Below are positions 36,826 through 46,385 of a stretch of DNA of 64,000 nucleotides, in pieces. The DNA is from Candidatus Fluviicola riflensis (GTDB lineage: Bacteria; Bacteroidota; Bacteroidia; Flavobacteriales_D; Crocinitomicaceae), in NCBI GenBank assembly GCA_002243285.1, contig CP022585.1, positions 1,330,669-1,394,668 of the forward strand. Direction: 5' to 3'. Both the position numbers and the translations under genes were made by a program. The notes beneath the pieces were generated by a model, which had not been told where the DNA came from, ran no database searches, and saw nothing but the letters and a program-made list of their open reading frames with translations. How positions within the stretch are numbered: the first letter of the stretch is position 1; the number at the start of each line of letters is the position of its first letter.

Positions 36826-37833
36826 TTGAAAAAACGAACCATCTTTCTTTTTCTGCTGCTCTTGAACCTTTCGCTAACGGTTCATGGGCAAGTATCGAAG
36901 AATCAGCTTGTAGTTTCATCTGATCGGGCAGCCGTTTTTCTGAAACATGCACAAACAGAATCGGGATCGATAGAAGATTCCACGAATGCGTTATTCAATG
37001 TATGGGAAACGATTTTGGTGGCAGATGCTTTACTGGAGCGATTTCCAACTTCTGACACAACAGTTCAGCGCTCCCTGAAATGGCTGAAATCAATGGAAAA
37101 TGAAGATCAGCTGATTTGTCATAATGCACAGTGCAATCAACGTTTTTGTATCGAAACATCGGCGCTTTATGTGCAATTACTGGCTAAACTATCTTCTCCG
37201 GCCGAACAGCAATCCCGGCTAAACGCAATCAGTCAATTACAGGAAAAAAATGGCTGCTGGAAAGTTGGGAATCCTGATGTGTTCTACAAAACCGATTTTC
37301 CTTCCGTAACAGGCTTTGTACTCAACCTGTTTGATGAACTACATTTCAAAAGTTACGGAATCGATTCGGCTTATCGTTTCCTGATCAATAGTCAGTTGGA
37401 AAACGGTTCCTGGGGACAAAGCTGGGAATATTATGGTTGCACGGGGTATGCGCTCTGGCAATGCCTTCCCGCGTTAAAAAGATGTGCGTACGGGGGAAAA
37501 ACGTTAAAAAAGGGGAAAGCATTTATCCTTTCAACACAATTGACCGACGGAAGCTGGGCTGTTTCTAACGATAGTCTTTCCAATCACATTTCTGTCGAAT
37601 TACAAACCGCTTTTATGCTCAGTTGCCTGCAACAGGAAACCGACGAGCTTTCAAAAAAAGCGTTTGAAAAAGGCCTTTCTTTTTTACTGAGCAAACAACT
37701 GTCAAATGGTGCCTGGGAAGGTGGTTTTTTCCCTATTCCGAGTGAACGCTACAAGAAACGGGAATACCTGATTGCAACAGCATTGATTTATAAGCTGCTG
37801 ATTGCGGCACAAAACAATTCCGGTAATGGGTAA
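36826..37833 (+). CDS. Exported prenyltransferase/squalene-cyclase-repeat (alpha/alpha-toroid) protein
   Basis: The start is TTG at 36826, 4 nt after the UbiA stop, and gives signal peptide MKKRTIFLFLLLLNLSLTVHGQ. It has QW-like repeats QLENGSWGQ, QLTDGSWA, QLSNGAWEGG and EKNGCWK. I found no DxDD motif. Confidence 0.7.
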   Translation: MKKRTIFLFLLLLNLSLTVHGQVSKNQLVVSSDRAAVFLKHAQTESGSIEDSTNALFNVWETILVADALLERFPTSDTTVQRSLKWLKSMENEDQLICHNAQCNQRFCIETSALYVQLLAKLSSPAEQQSRLNAISQLQEKNGCWKVGNPDVFYKTDFPSVTGFVLNLFDELHFKSYGIDSAYRFLINSQLENGSWGQSWEYYGCTGYALWQCLPALKRCAYGGKTLKKGKAFILSTQLTDGSWAVSNDSLSNHISVELQTAFMLSCLQQETDELSKKAFEKGLSFLLSKQLSNGAWEGGFFPIPSERYKKREYLIATALIYKLLIAAQNNSGNG

Positions 37834-38785
37834 ATTGGTTTGGTCTTGCCTTCTTGTGTTAGCGCTTTTCAGCTGCGGGACCGGCAAATTGAAATCCGGA
37901 GAATTGTTTCTTTCTCCCGATTCGGGGAACGATAAAATTTACATTCTTTCTGCTTTTCCGCAACAAGCAGATAGTTCCGGACTTTTTCTGAGTGCGCTTT
38001 TGGTAAAACACACAGATGAAGATAACAGGCAGCTTACCACTTTTGTTACCACTTACAATCGTTCCACACACGAGGTAGCAACCATTCCGTTTTTTACCGA
38101 TTCGCTTATGTCTCTGGACAGTAAACGGTTTCCGTTGATACTGAAATCGGGCACTACAGATTCATTGCAACCTTCATTTACTTTTTCCCTGGACCGTAAT
38201 TCACTTGAATTGACAGTTGATGATCTTAAAGGAAGGAAAACCGGACAGACGCTTAAGTTTCCCAAACAGCAACCATTCAAATCGGTAGCAACTGGCACTG
38301 AATTTAAATTAACGGCGATCAAACCACTTTCTGTTACACTTACTAAATGGAATAATGAACCACAGGATCAATCGAATGTGATGTTCTTGCACACGCTTGA
38401 TAACGGTGAATCGTTGTTTCAGTCACAATCGGCCAATAATTATTGCTGGCTCGATTTCAGTACCAGCGAGACCGCAAGTCATAGTCTTTTCTTTCAATAC
38501 GATTCATTGGGGAAGATCACTCCAATTTACTCTACATTACCAGACGATGTTCTTCCGTCCATTCGACTCGATTCGCTTTTCCTGTTGAAACAACATGACA
38601 GCCAGGTATCAACTGCATTCACACTAATTTATCCGACTGAAAAAAGCGGATTGGAAAACTTAGAAATCAAATTGGCTCCGTTGAAACAAAGACGAATTTT
38701 AACAAAAAGCACTTTTTCTGTAAGAGCGGTTGATGTTCTACTAAACGATCAGTTGTTTGGAACCGGAATTCTCTATATATTGTAA
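37826..38785 (+). CDS. Hypothetical lipoprotein
   Basis: The ATG at 37826 overlaps the upstream stop (ATGGGTAA, 8-nt overlap). It has a lipobox LALFSC. It is beta-rich and I recognise no motif with confidence. Confidence 0.7.
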   Translation: MGKLVWSCLLVLALFSCGTGKLKSGELFLSPDSGNDKIYILSAFPQQADSSGLFLSALLVKHTDEDNRQLTTFVTTYNRSTHEVATIPFFTDSLMSLDSKRFPLILKSGTTDSLQPSFTFSLDRNSLELTVDDLKGRKTGQTLKFPKQQPFKSVATGTEFKLTAIKPLSVTLTKWNNEPQDQSNVMFLHTLDNGESLFQSQSANNYCWLDFSTSETASHSLFFQYDSLGKITPIYSTLPDDVLPSIRLDSLFLLKQHDSQVSTAFTLIYPTEKSGLENLEIKLAPLKQRRILTKSTFSVRAVDVLLNDQLFGTGILYIL

Positions 38786-38792
38786 CTGATTC

Positions 38793-40013
38793 ATGCGGAA
38801 ATTCCAATTATTTTTTAAACAAGTTGTAGCTAAAATAGAAGACTATACGCTTCCGCTGAAACGTTATTTATTGCTGTTCATCGCTATTTTAAGTTTGCGT
38901 CTTTGCCTCGAATTCTTTGCCAATAACCGGTTGTTCCAGTCAGATGACGTGATGCATATCGGACTTTGGTTCTTGTTTATCGTCCAGGCCTTCATGTTGC
39001 AATTACACTTGTTTTCGAAGGTGAAAGTGGAACAGATCGTTAAATTGGTCATCTGCTGTTTCTCCATTGCGCTCACCGCTCCAATTATAGACCTCATTGT
39101 TTCACAAGGCAAATTTTCGAAGATGAATTATCTTTCCGTGAATTCGTTTTCAGACATTGCCTGGTCGTATATTACCATTGGTGGCGCTAGCTTGAGTCGT
39201 GGAGCAACGTTGGGAATCCGGACAGAAATTGTGTTACTCGTAATAGCCAGTTTCAACTACGTATATCTCAAAACAGGAAATATCTGGCGTTCTTTGGCTG
39301 GAACTTTTTCGATTTACACCGTTCTGTTCCTTTCGGGAGCTATTCCTTATTTTTTGGGAAAAATCAATACGGCTTTCAACCTTACTTATGGTCAAAACGA
39401 CCAATCTTCCAGTTACTTGCTTTTTACATTAGACATTGGTTTGTTCCTGTTTCTGGCGTATCGCTACAACCGGAAGATGATTTCGTTTAAGTTTGATTTT
39501 CCTATTGTTTTCAGAATATTTGGTTCAATTGGATTGGTTGTCTTAGGAGCATACTTAGCCCGAAAAGCCTATCCGGACAATTGGATGCTTGATCCCACCA
39601 CGCTTTATTATTTCCCTTTATTGGCAGTTGTGTTACTAATGCTCTATACATACGAAGGGTATGGAAAGCAGCAGCTAAAAAATGAAGGAACAAATTTTAC
39701 TGTTCAAAACGGTTTATTGCTGGTACTAGTGTGTACAAGTGCGTGTATTTCCTTTCACACGTTATTTGCCGTATTATTTACCTGGGGAATGCTTTTTTTC
39801 CTGTACGAAAAACCGCTTCGGTTCATCAACATTTCATACCTGTCTCCTTTATTACAAGCCGGTTTAATGCTTGGTTACCTGTTGATTGGCTTCATGGCTT
39901 TTGGTGCTCCAATGGTAGGAATGGAAATATCTGTTATATTTCTCACACTAATTGTTTCATTTTTAATCTATTTGGTAATGTTTTATATTAATAGATATAT
40001 TTACAAAAAGTAA
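38793..40013 (+). CDS. Hypothetical polytopic inner-membrane protein
   Basis: A 406-aa protein with about 10-12 hydrophobic helices, starting 7 nt after the lipoprotein gene. I found no catalytic Asp-rich UbiA motifs. Confidence 0.7.
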   Translation: MRKFQLFFKQVVAKIEDYTLPLKRYLLLFIAILSLRLCLEFFANNRLFQSDDVMHIGLWFLFIVQAFMLQLHLFSKVKVEQIVKLVICCFSIALTAPIIDLIVSQGKFSKMNYLSVNSFSDIAWSYITIGGASLSRGATLGIRTEIVLLVIASFNYVYLKTGNIWRSLAGTFSIYTVLFLSGAIPYFLGKINTAFNLTYGQNDQSSSYLLFTLDIGLFLFLAYRYNRKMISFKFDFPIVFRIFGSIGLVVLGAYLARKAYPDNWMLDPTTLYYFPLLAVVLLMLYTYEGYGKQQLKNEGTNFTVQNGLLLVLVCTSACISFHTLFAVLFTWGMLFFLYEKPLRFINISYLSPLLQAGLMLGYLLIGFMAFGAPMVGMEISVIFLTLIVSFLIYLVMFYINRYIYKK

Positions 40014-40020
40014 CTACTAC

Positions 40021-41304
40021 ATGCTTATGAAAAGATCTTTTAAACTAAAAGGTTCACTATTCACGTTATTTTTATTTTTTATCGCATCCAATTCGTTTGG
40101 ACAGGTCACTATTTGGTCAGAAAACTTCAACAATGGTTGTGCAAGTAATTGTATCGCTTCTACCTGGAACGGCTGGACCATTCTTGATAACGATGGTGGA
40201 GTAACAGGTGGAGCACCCAATGACTGGTTTGTGAGTTGTGCCGAAGAAGGAATCACTCCCCCGGGCTGCGGCTCCAGCTGTATAGGAGATGCCAGTTTGC
40301 ATATTGGTGCAAATCCTGGGGCAGGTGGTGATATGGGGGCCAGTTACAACGAAACCGGCGCAACCAATGCTACATTCAGAACAGCTGTATCACCAACAGT
40401 GAACACAACTACCTATTTAGGGGTGATTACGCTTTCATTCGATTTCATTGCTTTTGGTAGTGCTGGTTGTTCTGATGATCGCCTTCAGTTGCGTTTGAGT
40501 ACAGACAACGGTGCTACATGGCCTGCAGGCTATCAATATTGTTTAACCAGCGTCTGCTGTGGTGCTTGCAACGGTTACAGTCAGGGGCAATGGACAACCT
40601 ATACTTTAGTCCTTCCGGCCATATTCAGCAACAATTCTAATGTCAGACTAGGTTTTAACTGGCTTAACAATGGTAACGGATCTGGCACCGATCCTTCAGC
40701 AGCTATAGATGATATTCGATTTACGACCCCCCTTCCACTTTCGGTTGACCTTCTCAGTTTTTCTGCTGAAAAAAGTTCATCAGGTACTAATGTTTCCTGG
40801 AATGTTGAAAACGAACGAAGCTTTTCTCGTTATGAATTAGAGCGTTCCTATGAAGGTGGTGAGTTTTCGTTTACCAAGATTCATACTGTAAACGGAAATT
40901 GCTCCGGCGATGATCCGTGTACGTATTCCTACAAAGACATCAGTCATACAAAAACTGTTTATTACCGCTTGAAAATGATTGACGAAAATGGCGAATTTTC
41001 CTATTCTTCAATCATCAGCCTGGATGAATCAGTTGTTAACGCCAATACTTTTACGCTTATTTCCGATTATGTGGAGAATGACGTTTTACAGGTGAAACTA
41101 AGCGCGAAGAAAAAATCATCTGCTAAATTCGTTTTGTATAACATTGCCGGAAAAGCGGTTGTTACAGAAAGTGATGTGCCGATCAAGTCAGGATTCAATC
41201 AAAAAAACCTGGATATCAATAAACTTTCAAACGGTGTTTACATTCTGAAGATCTATTTTGAGAACGACGATAAGGTGTTGAGCGCGAAGGTGATTAAATC
41301 TTAA
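40021..41304 (+). CDS. Secreted protein with T9SS type A C-terminal sorting domain
   Basis: It starts 7 nt after the membrane-protein gene and has signal peptide LFLFFIASNSFGQ. The N-terminal domain is Cys-rich. An internal module reads VSWNVENE.SFSRYELERSY.GG.F. The C-terminus is FVLYNIAGK...NGVYILKIYFENDDKVLSAKVIKS. Confidence 0.8.
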   Translation: MLMKRSFKLKGSLFTLFLFFIASNSFGQVTIWSENFNNGCASNCIASTWNGWTILDNDGGVTGGAPNDWFVSCAEEGITPPGCGSSCIGDASLHIGANPGAGGDMGASYNETGATNATFRTAVSPTVNTTTYLGVITLSFDFIAFGSAGCSDDRLQLRLSTDNGATWPAGYQYCLTSVCCGACNGYSQGQWTTYTLVLPAIFSNNSNVRLGFNWLNNGNGSGTDPSAAIDDIRFTTPLPLSVDLLSFSAEKSSSGTNVSWNVENERSFSRYELERSYEGGEFSFTKIHTVNGNCSGDDPCTYSYKDISHTKTVYYRLKMIDENGEFSYSSIISLDESVVNANTFTLISDYVENDVLQVKLSAKKKSSAKFVLYNIAGKAVVTESDVPIKSGFNQKNLDINKLSNGVYILKIYFENDDKVLSAKVIKS

Positions 41305-41418
41305 TAGTGGTTAGTTAACTTTATTCTCAGCTAACTATAGATGTTTTTTGAACGCTCGATTTGTAAGGCCTCTTTCTCATTGAAATCATCAGGTAAGTAA
41401 CAAATGATATCTATTTTA

Positions 41419-41478
41419 GCCACAGATGTCTCAGATTTTCACAGATACAATCTATGTTTAATCTGAGACATCTGTGGC
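41419..41478. repeat. CCACAGATG hairpin family, copy 3
   Basis: GCCACAGATGTCTCAGAT (41419-41436) pairs with ATCTGAGACATCTGTGGC (41461-41478). The 18-nt arms are perfect, and the left arm is identical to the first 17 nt of copy 1. Confidence 0.85.
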
Positions 41479-41530
41479 AAATATGCGTATTTCGAAGATG
41501 GCATCAATGGCATTATTTCCAACTCTTTAA

Positions 41531-41566
41531 AACAAAAAAATCGGCCCGCATTTCTACGAGCCGATT
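41531..41566 (-). terminator. Rho-independent terminator of pnp
   Basis: The minus strand reads AATCGGCTCG-TAGAAATG-CGGGCCGATT followed by TTTTTTTG. It lies 24 nt after the pnp stop. Confidence 0.7.
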
Positions 41567-41590
41567 CTATCTATTTTTTATCGTTAGTCC

Positions 41591-43744
41591 TTATTCTGCG
41601 TTTGCCTCAGGCGCAGTTTCTTTACGCTCTGGTTTTGGCAACAAAATACGACGTGACAATTTCCATTTTTTGGTTTTCGGATCTTTTCCAACTACCTTGA
41701 ATTTCAATACGTCACCTTCTTTACAAACGTCTTCCATTTTGGCAACTTTCTCCCATGAGAATTCCGAAATATGGATCAAACCGTCAGTTCCCGGAAGGAT
41801 CTCAACGAAGCAACCGAAATCTTTCACTGCTTTCACTTTTCCTTCGTATTCTCCGCCTTCATCCACTTGTGGAGGGAAAGCAATCATACGAATGCGTTGT
41901 GTTGCAGCTTTCATATCGTCGCCATTGTTTGACATCACCTGTACGCGGCCTTCTCCGGTTTCCAATTCCTCGATTGTAATCGTTGTATTGGTATCCTTCT
42001 GAATTCCCTGGATGATTTTACCTCCAGGTCCGATGATCGCTCCGATCATATCATTCGGCACGTTGAATGCTTCGATACGTGGCGCCTGTGGTTTGAAATC
42101 AGGATTTGGTTTAGCAATCGTTTCAATGATTTTGTTCAAGATGTGTAAACGGCCTGCACGTGCCTGCTCCAATGCCTGGATCAATACTTCGTATGGTAAA
42201 CCGTCAACTTTGATATCCATCTGACAAGCAGTGATTCCTTTTGCTGTTCCGGTAACTTTAAAGTCCATGTCACCCAAGTGATCTTCATCACCAAGGATAT
42301 CCGACAATACAGCAAATTTGCCTTCATCTGCAACCAATCCCATGGCAATACCGGAAACCGGTGCTTTGATTTGAACACCACCGTCCATCAACGCCAATGT
42401 ACCTGCGCAAACAGTTGCCATTGAAGATGAACCATTCGATTCCAAAATCTCAGAAACCAAACGAATGGTGTAAGCATTGTCTTCAGGAAGTACCGGTTTC
42501 AACGCACGAAGCGCTAAGTTTCCGTGACCGATCTCACGACGGGAAGTTCCACGAATTGGTTTTGCTTCACCTGTAGAGAATGGTGGGAAGTTGTAGTGCA
42601 ACATGAATTTCTCCGTTCCGCGGAACGTAGCATTGTCAATCAATTGCTCATCGAGTTTACCACCCAATGTTAATGTCATCAACGCTTGTGTTTCACCACG
42701 TGTAAATACGGCTGAACCGTGAACCATCGGTAAGTAATCGATTTCAGCCCAAATCGGACGAATCTCATCAAACTTACGGCCATCCAGACGTTTCCCTTCG
42801 TGTAACATCACGTAACGAACCGCTTTTTTCTTTACTTCAGAGAAATAAACAGAGATAAATCCGCCGATTTCTTTTAATTCTTCGTCAGTATACTGTGCTT
42901 TGAATTCCGACTTAATCGCGTCAAACAACTCTGTACGTTTTGCTTTATTTGCCAATCCCTGACGTGCGACTTCTTTGCATTTATCCATTGCAAATTCGTA
43001 CACTTTCGCTTTGATATCTTCGTTGTGCGTTTCGTGCGAGTATTCACGTTTTGGTGAAGCAGTAGCAATTTCAGCAGCCAAATCCAATTGGAACTGACAC
43101 TGTAACTTGATGGATTCGTGCGCCAGTTTAATGACTTCAACCATTTCCAATTCAGAAATTTCCTGCATTTCACCTTCCAGCATCACAATGTCTTTTGCTG
43201 TACCAGCGATCATGATATCGATATCCGATTCTTTCATTTGAGAAATAGTCGGGTTAATCACGTACTCACCATTGATACGGCCTACACGTACTTCAGACAT
43301 TGGTCCGTTGAACGGGATATCCGAAACCGCGATCGCAGCCGAAGCAGCCAATCCGCACAATGCATCCGGGTTGTTTTCACCATCATAAGCAAGCAATTGA
43401 ATCATCAACTGTACTTCTGCGTGGTAATCATCCGGGAAAAGAGGACGCAAAGCGCGATCTACCAAACGCATGATTAAAATTTCGCTTTCGGAAGGACGAG
43501 CCTCACGACGGAAAAATCCGCCCGGGATACGACCTGCTGACGCAAATTTCTCTTTGTAGTCAACTGTTAACGGAAGAAAATCAACTCCTTCCTTTGCCTC
43601 TGGCGCTGCAACCACTGTTGCCAATAACACCGTGTTGCCCATTTGTAACACTACTGACCCGTCGGCTTGTTTCGCCAATTTTCCGGTCTCGATGGAAATT
43701 TCTTTCCCGCCAGTAACGATGGACTTTTTGATTCCTATGTTCAT
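41591..43744 (-). CDS. pnp: Polyribonucleotide nucleotidyltransferase (PNPase)
   Basis: A 717-aa protein with two RNase PH domains, a KH domain ([11 protein letters not shown]) and a C-terminal S1 domain (G.V....DFG.FVE). The N-terminus is typical: ...[11 protein letters not shown]. Confidence 0.95.
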   Translation of the reverse strand: MNIGIKKSIVTGGKEISIETGKLAKQADGSVVLQMGNTVLLATVVAAPEAKEGVDFLPLTVDYKEKFASAGRIPGGFFRREARPSESEILIMRLVDRALRPLFPDDYHAEVQLMIQLLAYDGENNPDALCGLAASAAIAVSDIPFNGPMSEVRVGRINGEYVINPTISQMKESDIDIMIAGTAKDIVMLEGEMQEISELEMVEVIKLAHESIKLQCQFQLDLAAEIATASPKREYSHETHNEDIKAKVYEFAMDKCKEVARQGLANKAKRTELFDAIKSEFKAQYTDEELKEIGGFISVYFSEVKKKAVRYVMLHEGKRLDGRKFDEIRPIWAEIDYLPMVHGSAVFTRGETQALMTLTLGGKLDEQLIDNATFRGTEKFMLHYNFPPFSTGEAKPIRGTSRREIGHGNLALRALKPVLPEDNAYTIRLVSEILESNGSSSMATVCAGTLALMDGGVQIKAPVSGIAMGLVADEGKFAVLSDILGDEDHLGDMDFKVTGTAKGITACQMDIKVDGLPYEVLIQALEQARAGRLHILNKIIETIAKPNPDFKPQAPRIEAFNVPNDMIGAIIGPGGKIIQGIQKDTNTTITIEELETGEGRVQVMSNNGDDMKAATQRIRMIAFPPQVDEGGEYEGKVKAVKDFGCFVEILPGTDGLIHISEFSWEKVAKMEDVCKEGDVLKFKVVGKDPKTKKWKLSRRILLPKPERKETAPEANAE

Positions 43745-43767
43745 ATTTATATTTTACTTTTTAATTG

Positions 43768-43862
43768 AGACTTAAGACTGACAGACTTGAGTCTCTTTAT
43801 TGTTGTCAGTTCTAGTTCCCGGCTGAAGTGTAGCGGATCGGTGGGAGTATCGAGAACTGACA
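43768..43862 (-). promoter_or_regulatory. pnp 5' leader with two extended imperfect stem-loops
   Basis: TGTCAGTTCTAGTTCCC (43804-43820) pairs imperfectly with GGGAGTATCGAGAACTGACA (43843-43862). GAGACTTAAGAC pairs with GACTTGAGTCTC in 43768-43796. Confidence 0.45.
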
Positions 43863-43865
43863 GCA

Positions 43866-43909
43866 AAAAAGGGGACAGACGGAATAATCCGAACAAGCCC
43901 CCTCTTTTT
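43866..43909 (-). terminator. Weak terminator candidate after rpsO
   Basis: On the minus strand, GGGG...CGGA-TTAT-TCCG...CCCC forms two short helices, followed by TTTTT. It lies about 20 nt after the rpsO stop. Confidence 0.35.
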
Positions 43910-43928
43910 AGTATGTGTATCGTTTTAA

Positions 43929-44198
43929 TTAACGACGTAAACCTAATTCTTTTACCAAAGCACGGTATTTTTCAATATCCTTACGCTTTAAGTAATCCAA
44001 TAAACTACGACGCTTACCAACCAACAATTGCAATGCGCGTTGCGTTCCGTAGTCTTTGCGGTTCTTTTTCAAATGCTCTGTTAAGTGAGCAATACGGTAA
44101 GTAAACAATGCTACCTGACCTTCTGTTGAACCTGTATTCGTTTCAGCACCTCCGTGCTTTGCGAAAATCTCTTTTTTCTTTTCTGTATTTAAGTACAT
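43929..44198 (-). CDS. rpsO: 30S ribosomal protein S15
   Basis: An 89-aa protein with TGSTEGQVALFT.RI..LTEHLK.N.KD..... and GKRR.LL.YL, the canonical S15 pattern. Confidence 0.95.
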   Translation of the reverse strand: MYLNTEKKKEIFAKHGGAETNTGSTEGQVALFTYRIAHLTEHLKKNRKDYGTQRALQLLVGKRRSLLDYLKRKDIEKYRALVKELGLRR

Positions 44199-44257
44199 GC
44201 CAATATTACTTGAATGATTTTTATGTAGTCATCCCGAACTTTTCGGATATAACGGTG

Positions 44258-44265
44258 CAAAGATA
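44258..44265 (-). promoter_or_regulatory. Bacteroidota-type -7 promoter box for rpsO
   Basis: The minus strand reads TATCTTTG, about 60 nt upstream of the rpsO ATG. Confidence 0.4.
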
Positions 44266-44367
44266 GTAAAATAACCTAAAACCAATATCAACCAGCGTTA
44301 AATTATGTTGAATTCTAAAAAGGGAGTAGAATATTTTGCAATTTAAAGTAAACAAACACACAGTAGT

Positions 44368-44709
44368 ATGAGACCCCGAATTCATTTTAAAAGCCTTGCT
44401 TTACTTTTAGTAATCTGTTTCAGTAGTCATTTCTCAGATGCTCAATGGCATTGTCGAAAAGCAAAAATCATCCGCAATTGCACCGGAACCTATGTGCAAT
44501 TCGGTAAAAACAATTACCTGGTGTGTAATGAGGAAAAGCTCAGCGAATGGAAAAACGATCAAAAAATAAAGGTAAAGACACGAAAAGTGGCTTCTTGCCC
44601 AGCACCGGAAGGTGAAATCTGTATGTTGTACTATGAATACAAAGGATCTGTGGAAATAACGGGTATTAAGCCTAAAGGGGCTCCCAAATTTACGTTCGAA
44701 AAGGCGTAA
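44368..44709 (+). CDS. Small secreted hypothetical protein
   Basis: It has signal peptide SLALLLVICFSSHFSDAQ and several Cys residues. I recognise no family. Confidence 0.55.
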   Translation: MRPRIHFKSLALLLVICFSSHFSDAQWHCRKAKIIRNCTGTYVQFGKNNYLVCNEEKLSEWKNDQKIKVKTRKVASCPAPEGEICMLYYEYKGSVEITGIKPKGAPKFTFEKA

Positions 44710-44745
44710 TAAGAATTTCAAGTCATCTTGAAAGAATCACTGGGA

Positions 44746-45654
44746 CTACAACACCCCGTCAGACTCGTAAATCCCGTTTTTATAGAGACGTACTTTAAGC
44801 AAAACGCCATCATGGTCGTAAACGAAGACTTTACCGGTATTCAATTGGCCGTTCATGAAATGGCCATCCATCCAGATTTCGGCGCTTTCGGTGTATACTT
44901 TGTTTAATCCGTTTGGCATGAATGTCATTCCTTTGGAAACCCGCGGATCTTTTAACATCGGAGGGTGGTAATAAGCCAAGCCTTTGGTATTGAGGTTTTG
45001 TTTTTTATCCTTCACCGGCGAAACAGAAGTTGCCAATGACGGTTCCAAACGCATTTTCTTTGGTGTGCGAATCGCAGTATAAGTCATCAAAACTTTGGTA
45101 TAATTGGCATTCAACCAGGAATAATCAACGAGTTTTGTTTCAGATTTTACCTGCTCCAGCGATTCGCCTACCCAGAATTGAAATGATAAGTCTTTTTTAA
45201 ACAAACGGTGTGTAAAGAACACCTGCCCGGCAATCATTTCGCGCTGGTTGAACATCATTTTGCACGAATAAACCGAGTTACTGCTTTGAACGGATTGTTT
45301 GATGGAAATGCGTTTCGGAACGGAACTTGCCTGAACGAGTTCACCTTTTCTGTCAAACCTAAAATAGGTTCCTGCAGGTCGGTTGTCAGCATATTCACCG
45401 ATCAAACGTGGCGTAACACCATCTTCATAATAAGTAATCCAAACTCCTTCTTTACGTCCGTTTTTGTATGAACCTTCTTTGTATTTTAACTCCTGGTCGT
45501 CAACAATCGGATCGTTGTCTCTTGAAACAACCCAAAAGCCTTCACGCTCACCTGATGCGTTCAAATGATTACGGGAAGCCTTAGCTTTCAGATCGTGGGC
45601 CTGAACGAATCCAACCGACAATAACAACAGGGTAAGAAGTAAGAGTTTAGTCAT
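44746..45654 (-). CDS. Secreted protein with MORN-variant (YwqK-like) repeats
   Basis: It has a signal peptide (LLLTLLLLSVGFVQA). The repeats are of the form G.YKNG.KEGVW..YYEDG and ...G.Y...RP.G.Y..FD..GEL. Confidence 0.5.
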   Translation of the reverse strand: MTKLLLLTLLLLSVGFVQAHDLKAKASRNHLNASGEREGFWVVSRDNDPIVDDQELKYKEGSYKNGRKEGVWITYYEDGVTPRLIGEYADNRPAGTYFRFDRKGELVQASSVPKRISIKQSVQSSNSVYSCKMMFNQREMIAGQVFFTHRLFKKDLSFQFWVGESLEQVKSETKLVDYSWLNANYTKVLMTYTAIRTPKKMRLEPSLATSVSPVKDKKQNLNTKGLAYYHPPMLKDPRVSKGMTFMPNGLNKVYTESAEIWMDGHFMNGQLNTGKVFVYDHDGVLLKVRLYKNGIYESDGVL

Positions 45655-45769
45655 GGGTAAAATTGTTAAAGTGAAAATACTACTTCTACCCAGAATGTAG
45701 TTGAATTAAAAATAAATAGTGCCGAAAAATGAATATTTAAGTGTTTTTGACGAACAAAGCCAAAATTCG

Positions 45770-46345
45770 TTAACTATTTCTTTCTGAAATATCACGGTGA
45801 AGCCTGATGAGAATGATCGTTGTATTAGCCATAGCGTGAATTGTTGTTGCTGAATTCTGTTCAACCACGTACAATTCCTCTGCTTTACAAGAGCCTGAAG
45901 GTGTAAGTAGATCACCTTCAACCATCCAAATAAAACAATGCTCTCCTTTTAGTATTAGTTCTTCCTTTTCTTTATAAGTAAAGATTTCTGCCGAAGCATG
46001 GTATTCTGGTTTGTAGATAATGTTGAAGTCTGTGATTTTACCGAAACTAGTCATTTTCAAAGCTCCCGGAAATGAAGCTTGCTCCAGCGGCGATAGTTCA
46101 AATGACGATTTGTTACCCGAATCTGTTGTGAATTCCATCGTAAGTTCACCCTCCAGCACACAGAGAATTCGAAGATAACCCGGTAAATCAGTAAATTCAG
46201 AACGATCTGTTTCAATGGTAGCAGTGCTGATTCTATAATCAAAATTGCGCGCTGCATAATTGGAATTCTTGGGATAAATAAACAGCTCGGTGGTTGTTCC
46301 GCCATTCCACTTATTAGCTGTCAATTCCTTTTTACGAATAATCAT
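45770..46345 (-). CDS. HutD/Ves-family protein
   Basis: The N-terminus W.NGGGTT.EL.I.P (KWNGGTTTELFIYP) and a cupin-like size of ~190 aa fit this family. Confidence 0.6.
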   Translation of the reverse strand: MIIRKKELTANKWNGGTTTELFIYPKNSNYAARNFDYRISTATIETDRSEFTDLPGYLRILCVLEGELTMEFTTDSGNKSSFELSPLEQASFPGALKMTSFGKITDFNIIYKPEYHASAEIFTYKEKEELILKGEHCFIWMVEGDLLTPSGSCKAEELYVVEQNSATTIHAMANTTIILIRLHRDISERNS

Positions 46346-46385
46346 GAACGAAGAAAGGATGCCTTGTAAGACATCCTTCCGGTAT

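Noticed and set aside
41454-42002. A 182-aa plus-strand ORF overlapping the 3' part of pnp.
   Set aside because: It is antisense to PNPase and begins inside the CCACAGATG hairpin. It is a shadow frame.
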